Source: Actinomycetota bacterium
Lineage (GTDB): Bacteria; Actinomycetota; Aquicultoria; Subteraquimicrobiales; Subteraquimicrobiaceae
Length of the DNA stretch: 64,000 bases
Direction of reading: 5' to 3'
Assembly: GCA_030018275.1 (NCBI GenBank)
Contig: JASEGB010000002.1
Coordinates: 59,638 to 123,637 of the forward strand
Shown here: positions 37,782 through 48,584 of the stretch, piece after piece
Layout: the number at the start of each line of letters is the position of its first letter
Position numbering within the stretch: position 1 is the stretch's first letter
Notes under the pieces: generated by a model
Database searches by the model: none
What the model was told of the DNA's origin: nothing
What the model saw: the letters and a program-made list of their open reading frames with translations, nothing else
Position numbers and translations under genes: made by a program

Positions 37782-37939
37782 TTTGGCTTCCTCCTGAATT
37801 CTGGATATACCAAGTATATACAAAGAAAACTGCTGTGTCAAGCTAGGCACAAACTCCCCAAGGATTTCAACAAAATCAACAACGCCCCTGAATTATAACC
37901 TATCTGTTTTACGATGTCTGCAAAGCTCCGCAGACAATA

Positions 37940-37975
37940 AATCAGTTTCTTCTACATCACCTGCCCAATACCTTT
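37940..37975. promoter_or_regulatory. Shared roughly 35-bp motif upstream of a TA cassette, copy 2
   Basis: See 36727-36770. Confidence 0.5.
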
Positions 37976-39457
37976 TTAGGATTTCTCTATTAATCCCTTC
38001 AATATCAAAATATCCTCGCTTTTAATTTCCTTAAAAAGCACGAGTAAGCCCATGTACGCCAATGCAGCAACCACATAGAGGATAGTCAAATTCAAACCAG
38101 TGGCGGGAACCATAATAAAAATGAATGAAATCACCAGAGAAGAAATCAAAATCTTGAAAACTGACTGTGGAGAAACCAAAGTCGCAAAATTTTTCCAAAG
38201 CAAGCTTGCTCCCAAGATAACCCCAACCAAGCAAGTTAACGTAGTTGCCATGGCCGCTCCACTTAATCCGTAGTGAGAAATTAAACTCATGCATAATCCA
38301 GCATCTGCCAAGACCAAGAAAGAAGCTAAGATTATAACTTCTTTAAAATTATTGTTCGCCATTAAGATAGAGAGGATTGCCAGGAGAATAGAAATAAAGG
38401 CATAGCCGAAAGCCAAAATAGCAAGAGGAGAACCAGCAGCTAAATATCTTTGAGAGTACAGCAAGGAAACAAGATTCGTGGAAGTAACCGCCATAACAAA
38501 AGAAATTGGCACCAAAAACAGGAGCAAAAACCTCAAAGCTTGATTAATGTACCTTTTGGTCTGTTCGATCCTTCCTTCAGCGATAGAATTAGTGATAGCA
38601 GGAAAAAGAGCACTGGAAAGAGCACCAAAAAGAAAATAAAGAACTTTAGCTAGAGTGCTGGCGGCGACATAATAGCCAACCTTAGGTGCACTTAAAACGA
38701 TCTCCTTAACAAACCATAGATCAATGCTCATAAGCAAATTGAACAGAAGCCCAACGATCGCGAAAGGAACTGCCAGTTTTAAAAGCCCAAATGACTTTAC
38801 TGTCTTTACCGTATCATTTATGTCCACCTCTTCTGTGCCACCAATTAGCTCTCTAAAATAATAAAATCCTACCAGAAATCCAAAAACAGAGGCCATAATG
38901 TTTCCAATTAAGGCTCCTGCAACTGAAAGACCTAAAAGCACTAGCCCAACAACAAAGATAAGCTTTGAAAAAAAATATACAATTGAGGCAATTGCCTGCT
39001 GCTTGTAAAACCTCGAGCCGTTCAATAAGGCGATATAAATGTTATAAAAAGCCAATATGGGGATGTCTAAAATAGCGATCTTAAAATAAACATCTATTTT
39101 TGGATCATTAAAGATACGGGAAAGAAAGGGGGAAAATGAAAAGGCTAATACAAATAAAATAATTGCAACTAAAGACTGAAGATAAATAGCTTTTTTCTCA
39201 ATAACCTTTGTAAAAAAAGGAGATTCAGCTACCTTTTTGATGGCTGCACCTGAGACTCCGCCCAGAGTAATTTCCAGCCAGACAAGTAAAGAAATCACAA
39301 AACCAAAGAGTCCATAATGACTGGGACCGAGCACTCTACCCAAAGTGATATGTAAAGCATAGCCACATATCAGAGCAAAAGCCTGACTAATAGTTAAATA
39401 AAAGGTCCCTTGTGCTACTGTTTTTTTCATTAGCAACCTGTCACTCTCTAGAGTCAA
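37976..39457 (-). CDS. wzx: Polysaccharide biosynthesis protein / oligosaccharide flippase (Wzx, MOP superfamily)
   Basis: 493 aa, about 12 to 14 TM helices. The N-terminal region has the glycine-rich spacing typical of the Wzx family. Confidence 0.8.
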   Translation of the reverse strand: MTLESDRLLMKKTVAQGTFYLTISQAFALICGYALHITLGRVLGPSHYGLFGFVISLLVWLEITLGGVSGAAIKKVAESPFFTKVIEKKAIYLQSLVAIILFVLAFSFSPFLSRIFNDPKIDVYFKIAILDIPILAFYNIYIALLNGSRFYKQQAIASIVYFFSKLIFVVGLVLLGLSVAGALIGNIMASVFGFLVGFYYFRELIGGTEEVDINDTVKTVKSFGLLKLAVPFAIVGLLFNLLMSIDLWFVKEIVLSAPKVGYYVAASTLAKVLYFLFGALSSALFPAITNSIAEGRIEQTKRYINQALRFLLLFLVPISFVMAVTSTNLVSLLYSQRYLAAGSPLAILAFGYAFISILLAILSILMANNNFKEVIILASFLVLADAGLCMSLISHYGLSGAAMATTLTCLVGVILGASLLWKNFATLVSPQSVFKILISSLVISFIFIMVPATGLNLTILYVVAALAYMGLLVLFKEIKSEDILILKGLIEKS

Positions 39458-39809
39458 GTCTTACATTATCTTTAAAAATTCTCAATCAATAGATTCGAAT
39501 GCTTTTATTCCTCTCTACTATTCAAATTGACAGTCCCATACTTTCCTTCATATACAAATATCTTCTACTGGCAAGTTTCTCTTATTATCTCTATAGCAAA
39601 ATTCCAGATACGTCTAAGACAAGATGGTTGATTCGTGAATAACCTCACATCTCTCATTCTTCCTCGGGATCCTCCTTAAAGTGCAAAATACGGTTAAAAG
39701 ATTCTAAATAACTGACCCTGGGGCATAATTTAATTTAAGCTATGTTGTCGCATATACCACATGATATTGGGTGCTTAGATAAATTATTTATTCTTGTGCT
39801 TGTTTGATT

Positions 39810-40337
39810 TCACATACTCCATATGAGGTGTTTTACCCTCATTGGTGAATAATCATTTATGATATTGAAATAGACTGCACATTGAAAAGTAAATATGCAA
39901 GTAAGTACCAGAGTCTTTACCCTGTCTAAATGCTTGACTGGTAGTTTGTCAGAAAGAGCAAATATTTCCTGAATCTGTCCAAAGAAAGGCTCAATGGTAA
40001 TTGATCTATTCTTGTAGATGGCTCTTCCCTCTTTGGAATTAAAGAACTCTGCTTCTTTTCTTCTCTCTTTCTTGGTATGCTTTTTGACTTCTACTGGGGT
40101 AATTAGCTTTTTTTCTCGCTTTTTCTCGTACTCTTTTAATTTGTTGTCATCATAGCCCGCATCGCCAGTAATAAATTTAGTCTCTTTAGGAAGAGAAGCT
40201 GTTAGTTTTGGATATAACTTATTATCTGGCACATTAGCACTTACCACATCAGCATTTAGAGTCAATATTTCCACAAGAGGGGACTTTCTGCTTTTTAATA
40301 TCATCTTTGTGCCAAATGTTGCCATTAGCCCAGGCAA
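39810..40337 (-). pseudogene. IS4/IS5-family DDE transposase, C-terminal fragment
   Basis: 175 aa. It has the DAGYD and IEPFFGQI motifs. The N-terminal half is absent or frameshifted. Confidence 0.7.
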
Positions 40338-40444
40338 GATAGAGTCAATAGATACAGTTTTAATGTCTGCTAGCTTCTTAACAACAAAAGCTGTGGCTGC
40401 TCTTATGATACATACAGTAAGGCCAAAGAAGAACTTTTAAGTCT

Positions 40445-40817
40445 TCTATCAAAGGTTCTTCTGTCAGGAATACTTTTAAGACCAATAGCAGAGTATGTTT
40501 AATCTTTTCTTAGCGATAAACGCAGCCCACTCCGTAGGGAAATTATGATTGTTAATTATGTCAAAACTTTTTGGTATCATCCTTCCTATATTGAGCATGT
40601 TACCGAGTACAATGTAATAAGGTGAACAAGATAGGGACAAAGGTAGAAGAGGAGGGACAATATTTATTGTAACTTCTGGAAAACACCTTTCTTTATCTAC
40701 AGCATTGGTAAATATTTCTACTTCGTGTCCCCTTTTTGAAGCTCAATTGATAATCTTAATATTTGTCTTTCTCCACCCGCGGGATGAACAAAGGGGGTGT
40801 GAATCATTGCTATTCTC
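40445..40817 (-). pseudogene. GT4 glycosyltransferase N-terminal fragment, frameshifted and then truncated by the IS fragment
   Basis: MRIAMIHTPFVHPAGGERQILRLSIELQK. After a 1-nt slip in the aaaaagggg run it continues GHEVEIFTNAVDKE...DIINNHNFPTEWAAFIAKKRLNI. Confidence 0.6.
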
Positions 40818-40852
40818 ATACCTCCGATTCGAGGTAAAAATATGATAATGAC

Positions 40853-41344
40853 ATGATTAAAACACCAGTAGAAGTATTTGGTGTATGCGCAGCTGCAGCA
40901 CTTTATAGAAGCAAGGCATTGAAAGAGGTTGGATTATTTGACAAGAGCTTCTTTACAATACTGGAAGATGTTGACTTGTCTTGGAGGATCAGATTATCAG
41001 GATATAAGGCTCTTCTTGTGCCTACAGCAAAGGTATTCCATAAGCGGGGAATCTCAGGGAGGAAACAGAACTCAAAAAGGTTGGCAATGCTCAAAACATA
41101 TTATGGAAGCAAAAATCGAGTTTGCCTTGTTCTCAAGTATTACCCTACTGGACTAATTCTTAAATTTTTTGCTCTTCTTTGTTGTAGGTTTTTCCGTGCA
41201 TCAACATGCAGTATGGGAATCAAAGATAATCTCATCACTGACGTCTTTAGATGTCTCAAACAGAGGAAAACCATACACCACAAGTACCCAAATATTAAGG
41301 AGATACAAGACAAATGGATTCGCCGTAGTCCAATAGGTATTTGA
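40853..41344 (+). pseudogene. GT2 glycosyltransferase C-terminal fragment. The N-terminal catalytic half is missing.
   Basis: 163 aa. FDKSFFTILEDVDLSWRIRLSGYKALLVPTAKVFH is the typical GT2 C-terminal region. There is no upstream DxD domain. Confidence 0.6.
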
Positions 41345-41576
41345 TGCCTATATTATTATGAGCAAAACTGTCTTTCTTGCGCTTAAAGCAGGCGAAGTTG
41401 CCAAAAAGACTTCTCTCGAAAACAAGCTAGCTGCAATCAAACAAAAATCCTCCCCTCCTGAGCTCATTAACATTTGGGCTGCATTTCTTCAACCTATTGT
41501 CATACAAAGTTCTATTAGCCAAACTACCATTTTATCACATAATTCCCCATACCTCAAAAACAAGCTTTGTAGCTGC

Positions 41577-42431
41577 TCAATCAACACCTTCTTGGACCCT
41601 ATACAATTTTGAAGCAGGATCCACTAGGCGTAGAAAGTAATCCCTTTTTGATAACTCGCCATCGAACTGCTGAAGCGAAATTGGGCCATCTACCAGGATA
41701 TAGACAGGTACATTATTCTGCTTTAATGTCGCAGTAATATTTGCCAACAGCTTAGGATCCTGCTGCAAACTACTAATAATTCCGACTTTCCGCTTCGGAA
41801 AGAGCATTTTATCAAAGTATTGACAAAGGATCACTGAATCTGATTCAGTGTTTGCAAAAATCGTCTCTGCAATTTCAGAATACTTAAGCGCCACTTCACG
41901 ATTACTAACCATCGCGGGATAAGTTGCTTGAATGCCCATCAAAACAAACATAAATACAGCAAAGACAGCAAGAATCTTACGTCTACTAATACCTAGAACG
42001 AATTCTACAAACAGGGGTACACATAATACATAGATTGGCAGGAAATACCGAATATACGAGTTATGCAAGAGTATTGGGCACTGTGCACGAAAACCAGTCA
42101 ACAAGAAATAGGTAAATAAAAATACCGGTATTGGAAAATATGCTACATAGGCAACCGCCCTCTTTTTGCATAGGCAATACAATGCACCAAGAATTGGTAA
42201 AATGAAAAGTGGCATTGCATTAGCCATAAGTTTAACGTTTTCAATCAGATTTACGGGTTGGTTCCCGGGCGGAGGAATTGTATTTTTCCATCTCAAGCCA
42301 ACGTGCAATCCCGTTTTGAAATATCCTCCGTAGAAGCTCTTATTTAAAGCAAGGAATGGGATTGAAGTTAAAAGCAGAATAGCAACCGCTGCTAGAAGAT
42401 ATTTGTAGTTAATCGATCTTCTTTTCAACAA
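41577..42431 (-). CDS. Polytopic membrane protein, possibly the C-terminal part of a GT-C-like glycosyltransferase. It may be truncated by the adjacent IS remnant.
   Basis: 284 aa. About 6 TM helices plus a roughly 100-aa soluble tail. The upstream region is occupied by transposase debris. Confidence 0.4.
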   Translation of the reverse strand: MLKRRSINYKYLLAAVAILLLTSIPFLALNKSFYGGYFKTGLHVGLRWKNTIPPPGNQPVNLIENVKLMANAMPLFILPILGALYCLCKKRAVAYVAYFPIPVFLFTYFLLTGFRAQCPILLHNSYIRYFLPIYVLCVPLFVEFVLGISRRKILAVFAVFMFVLMGIQATYPAMVSNREVALKYSEIAETIFANTESDSVILCQYFDKMLFPKRKVGIISSLQQDPKLLANITATLKQNNVPVYILVDGPISLQQFDGELSKRDYFLRLVDPASKLYRVQEGVD

Positions 42432-42439
42432 GAGTACTT

Positions 42440-42970
42440 TCTTAAATGATCTTTACTCTCGAGGTCTTAAAGGAAAACATCTAAGTCTCATAATAGTTGA
42501 TGGCTGCCCTGGACTTTTAAAAGCCTTGGATATTGTCTATCCTTACATTCCTATACAACGCTGTTGGGTTCATAAATTAGCAATGTAGCTAATAAATTGC
42601 CTCAGAGAAAGCAAGAAGAGGTACTAAAAGGTGCAAAAGCTATCTATAAGGCAGAAAACAAAAAAGAAGCACTAAGATTATACTGGGAGTGGGCAAAAGC
42701 TTACCGCAAATCTTATCCTGAAGCAGTGGAGTGTTTGAAAAAGACATAGATGGACTCCTGTCCTTCATGGACTTTCCTAGAAAGCACTGGATAAAGATAA
42801 GAACAACCAACATCATTGAAAGATCTTTCAGAGAAGTAAGAAGAAGAACAAGACCAATGAGCTCATTTTCCAACTATAGGAGTGTCGACAGAATCATCTA
42901 TGGCATTATTCATTACTTGAATTCTAAGTGGGAGAAGAAACCCTTGAAGGAATTTACACAATTATCTTGA
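42440..42970 (+). pseudogene. IS256-family (mutator-type) transposase remnant. It is N-terminally truncated and has at least 2 frameshifts.
   Basis: Frames give LSLIIVDGCPGLLKALDIVYPYIPIQRCWVHKLA, then (fs) NVANKLPQRKQEEVLKGAKAIYKAE...EAVECLKK, then (fs) DIDGLLSFMDFPRKHWIKIRTTNIIERSFREVRRRTRPM. This is the IS256 signature. Confidence 0.75.
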
Positions 42971-43076
42971 CACTACCTTTAAAATTTTATTATGGCCAAG
43001 TTTTTCGTCTATATGAATTGCGTACTTTCATATGTTTTATATGCTATACTATAGTTTGGCAAATTTAATTGCTCAT

Positions 43077-43555
43077 TCACAAATGAATATCACGCTGCCT
43101 TTGGCATAAATCTTTCAAGTACTGGTTCAAGAGAACTTTTTCAAGAGTCATCTTGCAGACCTCTTTTAGAAACAGCTGGAAGTGTTCCTGGCGATGTTTG
43201 AAGATTACTTGAGAGATGTTTTTGAGTCGAGCGTCCTTAACCAAACGATGCTGAAGATAAGCTAAGGCTAGAAGACAAAGGGTTAGGTATTTGGTGATGC
43301 CCTCAACCGTTCTTAGTCTGAAGTCTCCCAAACCCAACCGAGTCTTAAGGTAAAGATGGTCGATCTCTACTTGCCAGCGCTCTCATAGTAATTCAGCACT
43401 TCTTTTGCTTTAAGGGAGGTATCTGTCGACAAGAAGTACTCTGGGTATCTATCCCGGGGGTGCCTTTTTGAGATGATCACCTTAACCTCCTCACCGAAAT
43501 CGCTTATGAAGCCCTTAAAAGTGGATGTGAGGTGGGTAGCGGAGCTCAACATCAC
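43077..43555 (-). pseudogene. IS4-like (IS701/ISH3-type) transposase C-terminal remnant with a frameshift
   Basis: YYES..(fs)..QVEIDHLYLKTRLGLGDFRLRTVEGITKYLTLCLLALAYL is the typical end of DDE IS4-family transposases. Confidence 0.6.
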
Positions 43556-43712
43556 TTTGTTAAAGCTCTTGTTCCTTAAGCGCTTGGCATAAGATGAGAC
43601 CTCTTACCGTTAAGCTTTCGGTTATGTTTGATCCTGCAGATGACATTAAAACCTTTGCGGAAACAGAACTATCAATGCATCCACTACCTCTCTTAAATGT
43701 CTAAATTGAGGC

Positions 43713-44096
43713 TTGGTGAGTCTAAGATTGAGAGCTAAAAGGAATTCCAGTAAATGCTTTGATGGTCCTGCGATTTTTGCTATCATGGAAGCTGCCTCCA
43801 GAAGGTGGATTGTTGGTTGCTATCTATATTCACTTTTCACTTTCTGGAGGTTTTCCACATCAGTGGTTTTGTTCCTTTTAGCTAATTTTTTGCCAAACTA
43901 CAGTGCTATAAATAAACAAATAATTTATACAAAAATTATGGTCTTGGCTTTGGTGATGAATATTATATTAAACCTTTTGCTTATTCCTAAATACTCCTAT
44001 ATTGGAGCAAGTGTAGCTGCAGTTATCCCTCAATTTTTACAATCCCTACTGTTATTTTTATTGGTAAAAAACTTTTATAAAAATGCAATTTATTAA
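43713..44096 (+). pseudogene. Wzx-type flippase C-terminal fragment
   Basis: 127 aa. Only the last 3 to 4 TM helices are present (GASVAAVIPQFLQSLLLF). No N-terminal part. Confidence 0.5.
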
Positions 44097-44718
44097 GATT
44101 CTCAAATCACTTTGTAGACATTTCTTTCCTAGATTATTTGAATATTTAAGAAAAGAACTTTCCGATTGTAATACAGTTTTGGATTTGGGTTGTGGCTATA
44201 ATTCTCCTATTCAATATTGTAATATTCCTTTTTCAATTGGAGTTGAAAAATTTGAACCCTATCTCAAAGAAAGCAAAGAGAAAAAAATTCATAATCAATA
44301 TATAAAAGCTGATATTACAAAAATAGAATTTAAACCAAAATCATTTGATGCTGTAATAGCCATTGATGTGTTAGAGCATTTATCTAAGGAAGAAGGTTAT
44401 GAGCTATTAAAAAGAATGGAAAAATGGGCAAGAAAGAAGATTATTATCTTTACACCAAATGGATATGTATATCAAGATGACTATGATAATAATCCTCTTC
44501 AAGAACATAAATCCGGGTGGAATGCTGAGGAATTAAAGAAATTAGGATTTAAAATTTTTGGAGTCAATGGTTGGAAAAGACTCAGAGGATACAGGGGAAA
44601 AATAAAATATAAACCAATTCTTTTTTGGAGGATAATTTCGGATTTGACTCAAAAGATAACCTATCGTTTTCCAAATTTGGCATTTCAATTATTCGCTATT
44701 AAAAATCAAAGAAGATAG
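44083..44718 (+). CDS. Class I SAM-dependent methyltransferase
   Basis: 211 aa. Motif I is VLDLGCGYNS. Post-I is AIDVLEHL. Confidence 0.8.
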   Translation: MQFIKILKSLCRHFFPRLFEYLRKELSDCNTVLDLGCGYNSPIQYCNIPFSIGVEKFEPYLKESKEKKIHNQYIKADITKIEFKPKSFDAVIAIDVLEHLSKEEGYELLKRMEKWARKKIIIFTPNGYVYQDDYDNNPLQEHKSGWNAEELKKLGFKIFGVNGWKRLRGYRGKIKYKPILFWRIISDLTQKITYRFPNLAFQLFAIKNQRR

Positions 44719-44732
44719 ATGAAGCTATTATT

Positions 44733-45260
44733 ATGCGTGAATTAATTAAACAATTTGTCAAAATCATTGCTGAGACTTTACCTATCTCCGAACCTGTTTT
44801 TGAGTTTGGGGCTCTTCAGGTGTCAGGCCAGGAAGGTTTTGCAGATCTTCGCCCTTTTTTCCTAGGTAAGAAATATGTTGGTTGTGATATACGAGAGGGT
44901 CCAGGCGTAGACCGAATTTTGAATCTCCATCACATAGAACTTCCTTCAGAGTCAGTTGGGACAGTTTTAATTCTCGATACACTCGAACATGTAGAATTTC
45001 CAAGAAAGGCAATGGAAGAAGTTTACAGAATACTTAAACCAAATGGTTTTACCGTGATTAGTTCCGTTATGAATTTTCCCATCCACGATTGTCCATCTGA
45101 TTATTGGCGTTTTACCCCGCAAGCTTTTAAGAGCATTCTAAAGCTTTTTAATTTTTCATTCGTTGATTTCGCTGGCGATGAACACTTTCCTCACACTGTT
45201 GTGGGATTAGGTTTTAAGGGTTTGCCCCCTAAAGATTTTGATAAATTTAAAAAAGTTTAA
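44733..45260 (+). CDS. Class I SAM-dependent methyltransferase
   Basis: 175 aa. It has the VGCDIREGPG and ILDTLEHVEFP motifs. Confidence 0.75.
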   Translation: MRELIKQFVKIIAETLPISEPVFEFGALQVSGQEGFADLRPFFLGKKYVGCDIREGPGVDRILNLHHIELPSESVGTVLILDTLEHVEFPRKAMEEVYRILKPNGFTVISSVMNFPIHDCPSDYWRFTPQAFKSILKLFNFSFVDFAGDEHFPHTVVGLGFKGLPPKDFDKFKKV

Positions 45261-45486
45261 ACTTTGGAAAAGGGAATGGAGTAATTCTTCAAAGAAGTCG
45301 TGGAAAGCATTGGTAAAAATATGCGTTCCTCCGATACTTTTAGATTTATATCGAAAAATTCAAAAAATTCAACTTTAGGCACAATGTCGTCTAACAGAGT
45401 GTATCTAGTTTTACTATGTTTTATATAGATACGCTCGAAAAGTTAAACATAATTAACCTCGGAACACCAAGAAAATAAAATAAAAA

Positions 45487-46380
45487 ATGAACTATCCAAA
45501 AGTTTCGATAATAATTCTTAATTGGAATGGTTTAGAAAACACTATAGAGTGCTTAGAATCTTTACAGAAGATCACCTATTCAAACCATGAAGTCATAATC
45601 GTTGACAATGGCTCGAAGGGAAATGATGTAAAAATTTTAAAGCAAAAGTTTGGAGAATATGTTCATGTAATTAAGAATAAAAGAAACCTTGGCTTTGCTG
45701 AAGGAAACAACGTTGGTATTAGATATGCAATGAGAAAAGACAGTGGTTATATTCTTTTATTAAACAATGATACCATTGTCGATGCAGACTTTCTGACTGA
45801 GTTGATAAAGGTTGCAGAGAGTGATCCCAAAATCGGAATTGTTGGGCCAAAGATCTATTATTACTATGAGCCAGATAAGATTTGGTTCGCTGGAGGAGAA
45901 ATACATTGGTGGAAAGGAAAAACAAAACACCTACATACCCGCGAGATTGACAAAGGGCAAGCGAATAAGATCAGAGAGGTTGATTATATAACAGGGTGTA
46001 CTCTTCTTGTGAAAGGGAGTGTACTTAAGAAAATTGGATTATTGGATGCATCATATTTCTCCTACTTTGAAGAGACGGATTTTTGTGTTCGAGCTAAACA
46101 AAAGAATTATACGATTTTATATGTCCCGACTGCAAAAGTGTGGCACAAGATTTCTGCTACATCACATTACCAAGATGCATTCTATAATTATTACTTTGCT
46201 AGGAACAGAATCATTTTTATGAAAAAGCACGGAAGGTTGCTATATCGATTAACATTTTACCCATACCAGGTTTTTGTCAAAAGTCTAGGCGCCTTGCTGA
46301 TTTTTGGATTGAAACGCAAGAATCCTAGATCAGCATTTGCTTACATAAAGGGAATTGTTGATGGGCTCAGGTGTAACTGA
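45487..46380 (+). CDS. Glycosyltransferase family 2
   Basis: 297 aa. It carries IVDNGS, NND and a C-terminal EETDFC. Confidence 0.85.
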   Translation: MNYPKVSIIILNWNGLENTIECLESLQKITYSNHEVIIVDNGSKGNDVKILKQKFGEYVHVIKNKRNLGFAEGNNVGIRYAMRKDSGYILLLNNDTIVDADFLTELIKVAESDPKIGIVGPKIYYYYEPDKIWFAGGEIHWWKGKTKHLHTREIDKGQANKIREVDYITGCTLLVKGSVLKKIGLLDASYFSYFEETDFCVRAKQKNYTILYVPTAKVWHKISATSHYQDAFYNYYFARNRIIFMKKHGRLLYRLTFYPYQVFVKSLGALLIFGLKRKNPRSAFAYIKGIVDGLRCN

Positions 46381-46414
46381 TTACATGCAATCCTCATTAT
46401 CGAAGCTCATCAAC

Positions 46415-48283
46415 TCACTTTTCCACCTTGTAAACATATAGAACCTTGTCAACAACTTGAATGTCTGTTGGAGGAAGCTCGCCAATCGTTCTCTGTATGG
46501 GAGCATATCCTTGATGCAAAGGTTTTGGAGGAATTAACTCAGGTCTTGTGTATCTATCTGCAGCGATTATCCTTCTAAGAATCATTGTTGGCTCTCTAAC
46601 TGCGGTAATCATTCTTAATTCTTCGTCTGAAAAAAGCCGGAAATTAGGTAATATCTCGTACTTATTTTCTAAGTTAAGATCACTTTTGCTTGAAATAACG
46701 AAAATGTCTGACTCATTCTCCAATTCTTGCAGAACCCTTTCTGTATCTAAATCCTCATAATTAGAAGAAATTGTTCTATATCCGTAAACAAAGTGTAATG
46801 GTTCAGCGATTTCATGATCCTGGAGGGCGACTACTAGAGCTGCATTAGTGTCACCAATAGCTCTGTGTATTTTGTCAAGCCGCTTTCGCATATACTTTTC
46901 TTCAGCGAAAACCAAGAGAGGCGCCCAAGTAGCTAAAAATAGGGTTATTACCAAAAAAATGCAACCAATTTTTAATTTACTACTTTTGACACTGTCAATC
47001 CCCATAGAAGTCGCTAAGAATAAAAGAGGAATCAGTACTACGTGGTAGTGTCTCATAAACCAAGGATGTACCCATGAAATTGTGGGATATTTTATCAACA
47101 AGAACGCCGGGCTGCTCAATAAGACCAGCTGCAAAAATTTGAAATTGTATTTTTTGTATTTCAACCCTATGACTATGAAAGCTAACAAAGGAATTATTAA
47201 ATATGCATTAAAGCAGTCGAAAACATATCGCAATGTGTAGTTCTCGTAAGTCGGATAACTTGTCGCTACTCCACTTGAAGACGAGAAGAAGCTCGTTATT
47301 AGACTAGATATTTTTATCCACATAGCTCTCAAGTACATCAAACAATATCGTGATCGAGTCAAATATAGATAAAGACATAAGATAGAAAAATTGAGCATGA
47401 CGAAGATAGAAGCAAAAATGGCTTTTTCCGAAAACTGTAGGTGGTATTTTCTATGTTTATTATTCAAAATCCACAAAATCACAGTAACTGTTATAAAAAC
47501 AATTAAGTACAATAACAGTTCAAACCTCACAACCAAACCCAATGAGAGAGGAATGAAGCTTGCAATAATATAGTCCCCGTTTTTCCTTTCAATCCCATCT
47601 AAAAACAAAAGAAAAGTCAGCCATATTAAAAGAATCATAAGATTTTCAGATAGAGTCTCTCTGGCAAACCCGAGAGTGTTGTAGTGTAAAGAAAAAAGCA
47701 CTGTAAATATTAAACCCACCTTAGGACTACTTAGAATCTTGCCAACAAGATACAAAACTAAAAGAGCAAAAAACAATAACAATGAATTTGCCCAAAATAA
47801 TCCCTCTAGCCCACCAATCTTATAAAAATAGCTTAAAAACACGCTGTACCCGGGGAGAAATTGTGCAGTATAGGTGTGGGGTGCCACTTCCATAAAACCA
47901 GCGTAAAAGGGATATCCCCTAAATGGAATAAAGATAGACCCCTTCTTTGCAATATGCATCGCAAAGAAACTATATACCCCACTATCATACCCACCCCATA
48001 AAGTTACATGATGGAATATCCCATTCAAAATTGAAAAAAAGAGAGAGATTCCCACAGCTATTTTGTCATAGTGTGAGAAAACCAGTTTTTTGGTACTAGC
48101 AAGGTATAAAGGAAAACAAAGTGATAGGAATAGACAAGAAATTAGAAGTAGGCTTACGTATCGATAAACTTCAAGAAAAACAGAAAGCATACCTACACCC
48201 ACAATGATACTGATCGCTAAAGATGCAAAAACAATAGCTTCTCCAACTGTATATTGTTTATCGAATGTATTATCTGATTTCAC
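46415..48283 (-). CDS. Large polytopic membrane protein. It is a GT-C-like candidate glycosyltransferase or polymerase.
   Basis: 622 aa. At least 12 TM helices followed by a roughly 150-aa C-terminal soluble domain. No soluble catalytic motif was identified. Confidence 0.5.
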   Translation of the reverse strand: MKSDNTFDKQYTVGEAIVFASLAISIIVGVGMLSVFLEVYRYVSLLLISCLFLSLCFPLYLASTKKLVFSHYDKIAVGISLFFSILNGIFHHVTLWGGYDSGVYSFFAMHIAKKGSIFIPFRGYPFYAGFMEVAPHTYTAQFLPGYSVFLSYFYKIGGLEGLFWANSLLLFFALLVLYLVGKILSSPKVGLIFTVLFSLHYNTLGFARETLSENLMILLIWLTFLLFLDGIERKNGDYIIASFIPLSLGLVVRFELLLYLIVFITVTVILWILNNKHRKYHLQFSEKAIFASIFVMLNFSILCLYLYLTRSRYCLMYLRAMWIKISSLITSFFSSSSGVATSYPTYENYTLRYVFDCFNAYLIIPLLAFIVIGLKYKKYNFKFLQLVLLSSPAFLLIKYPTISWVHPWFMRHYHVVLIPLLFLATSMGIDSVKSSKLKIGCIFLVITLFLATWAPLLVFAEEKYMRKRLDKIHRAIGDTNAALVVALQDHEIAEPLHFVYGYRTISSNYEDLDTERVLQELENESDIFVISSKSDLNLENKYEILPNFRLFSDEELRMITAVREPTMILRRIIAADRYTRPELIPPKPLHQGYAPIQRTIGELPPTDIQVVDKVLYVYKVEK

Positions 48284-48584
48284 AAACTATTCTCTCCTTT
48301 GCTAATCCAAATGAATCCACAATGACTTTGCCCTCTGTTTTCTCTATTTTTTATAATATCGATATCTTTTTGAAAGTTGTTCCGTTTTCTTTGCCACTGC
48401 TTATAACCCATTATCGGAGGCTTTCCTATAGAAAAGTCTTTTTGCTCTTATTTTTGGCATTTCAGAATTGCTCATATTTCTCTTTTATAAGATCGCAGGG
48501 GGCACAGGTAACAACAAAACGAATGCCTATCTGAAAAAAGTGTAATATTTGAACTCTACATTGACTGCGGACCCATTTTTGCTC

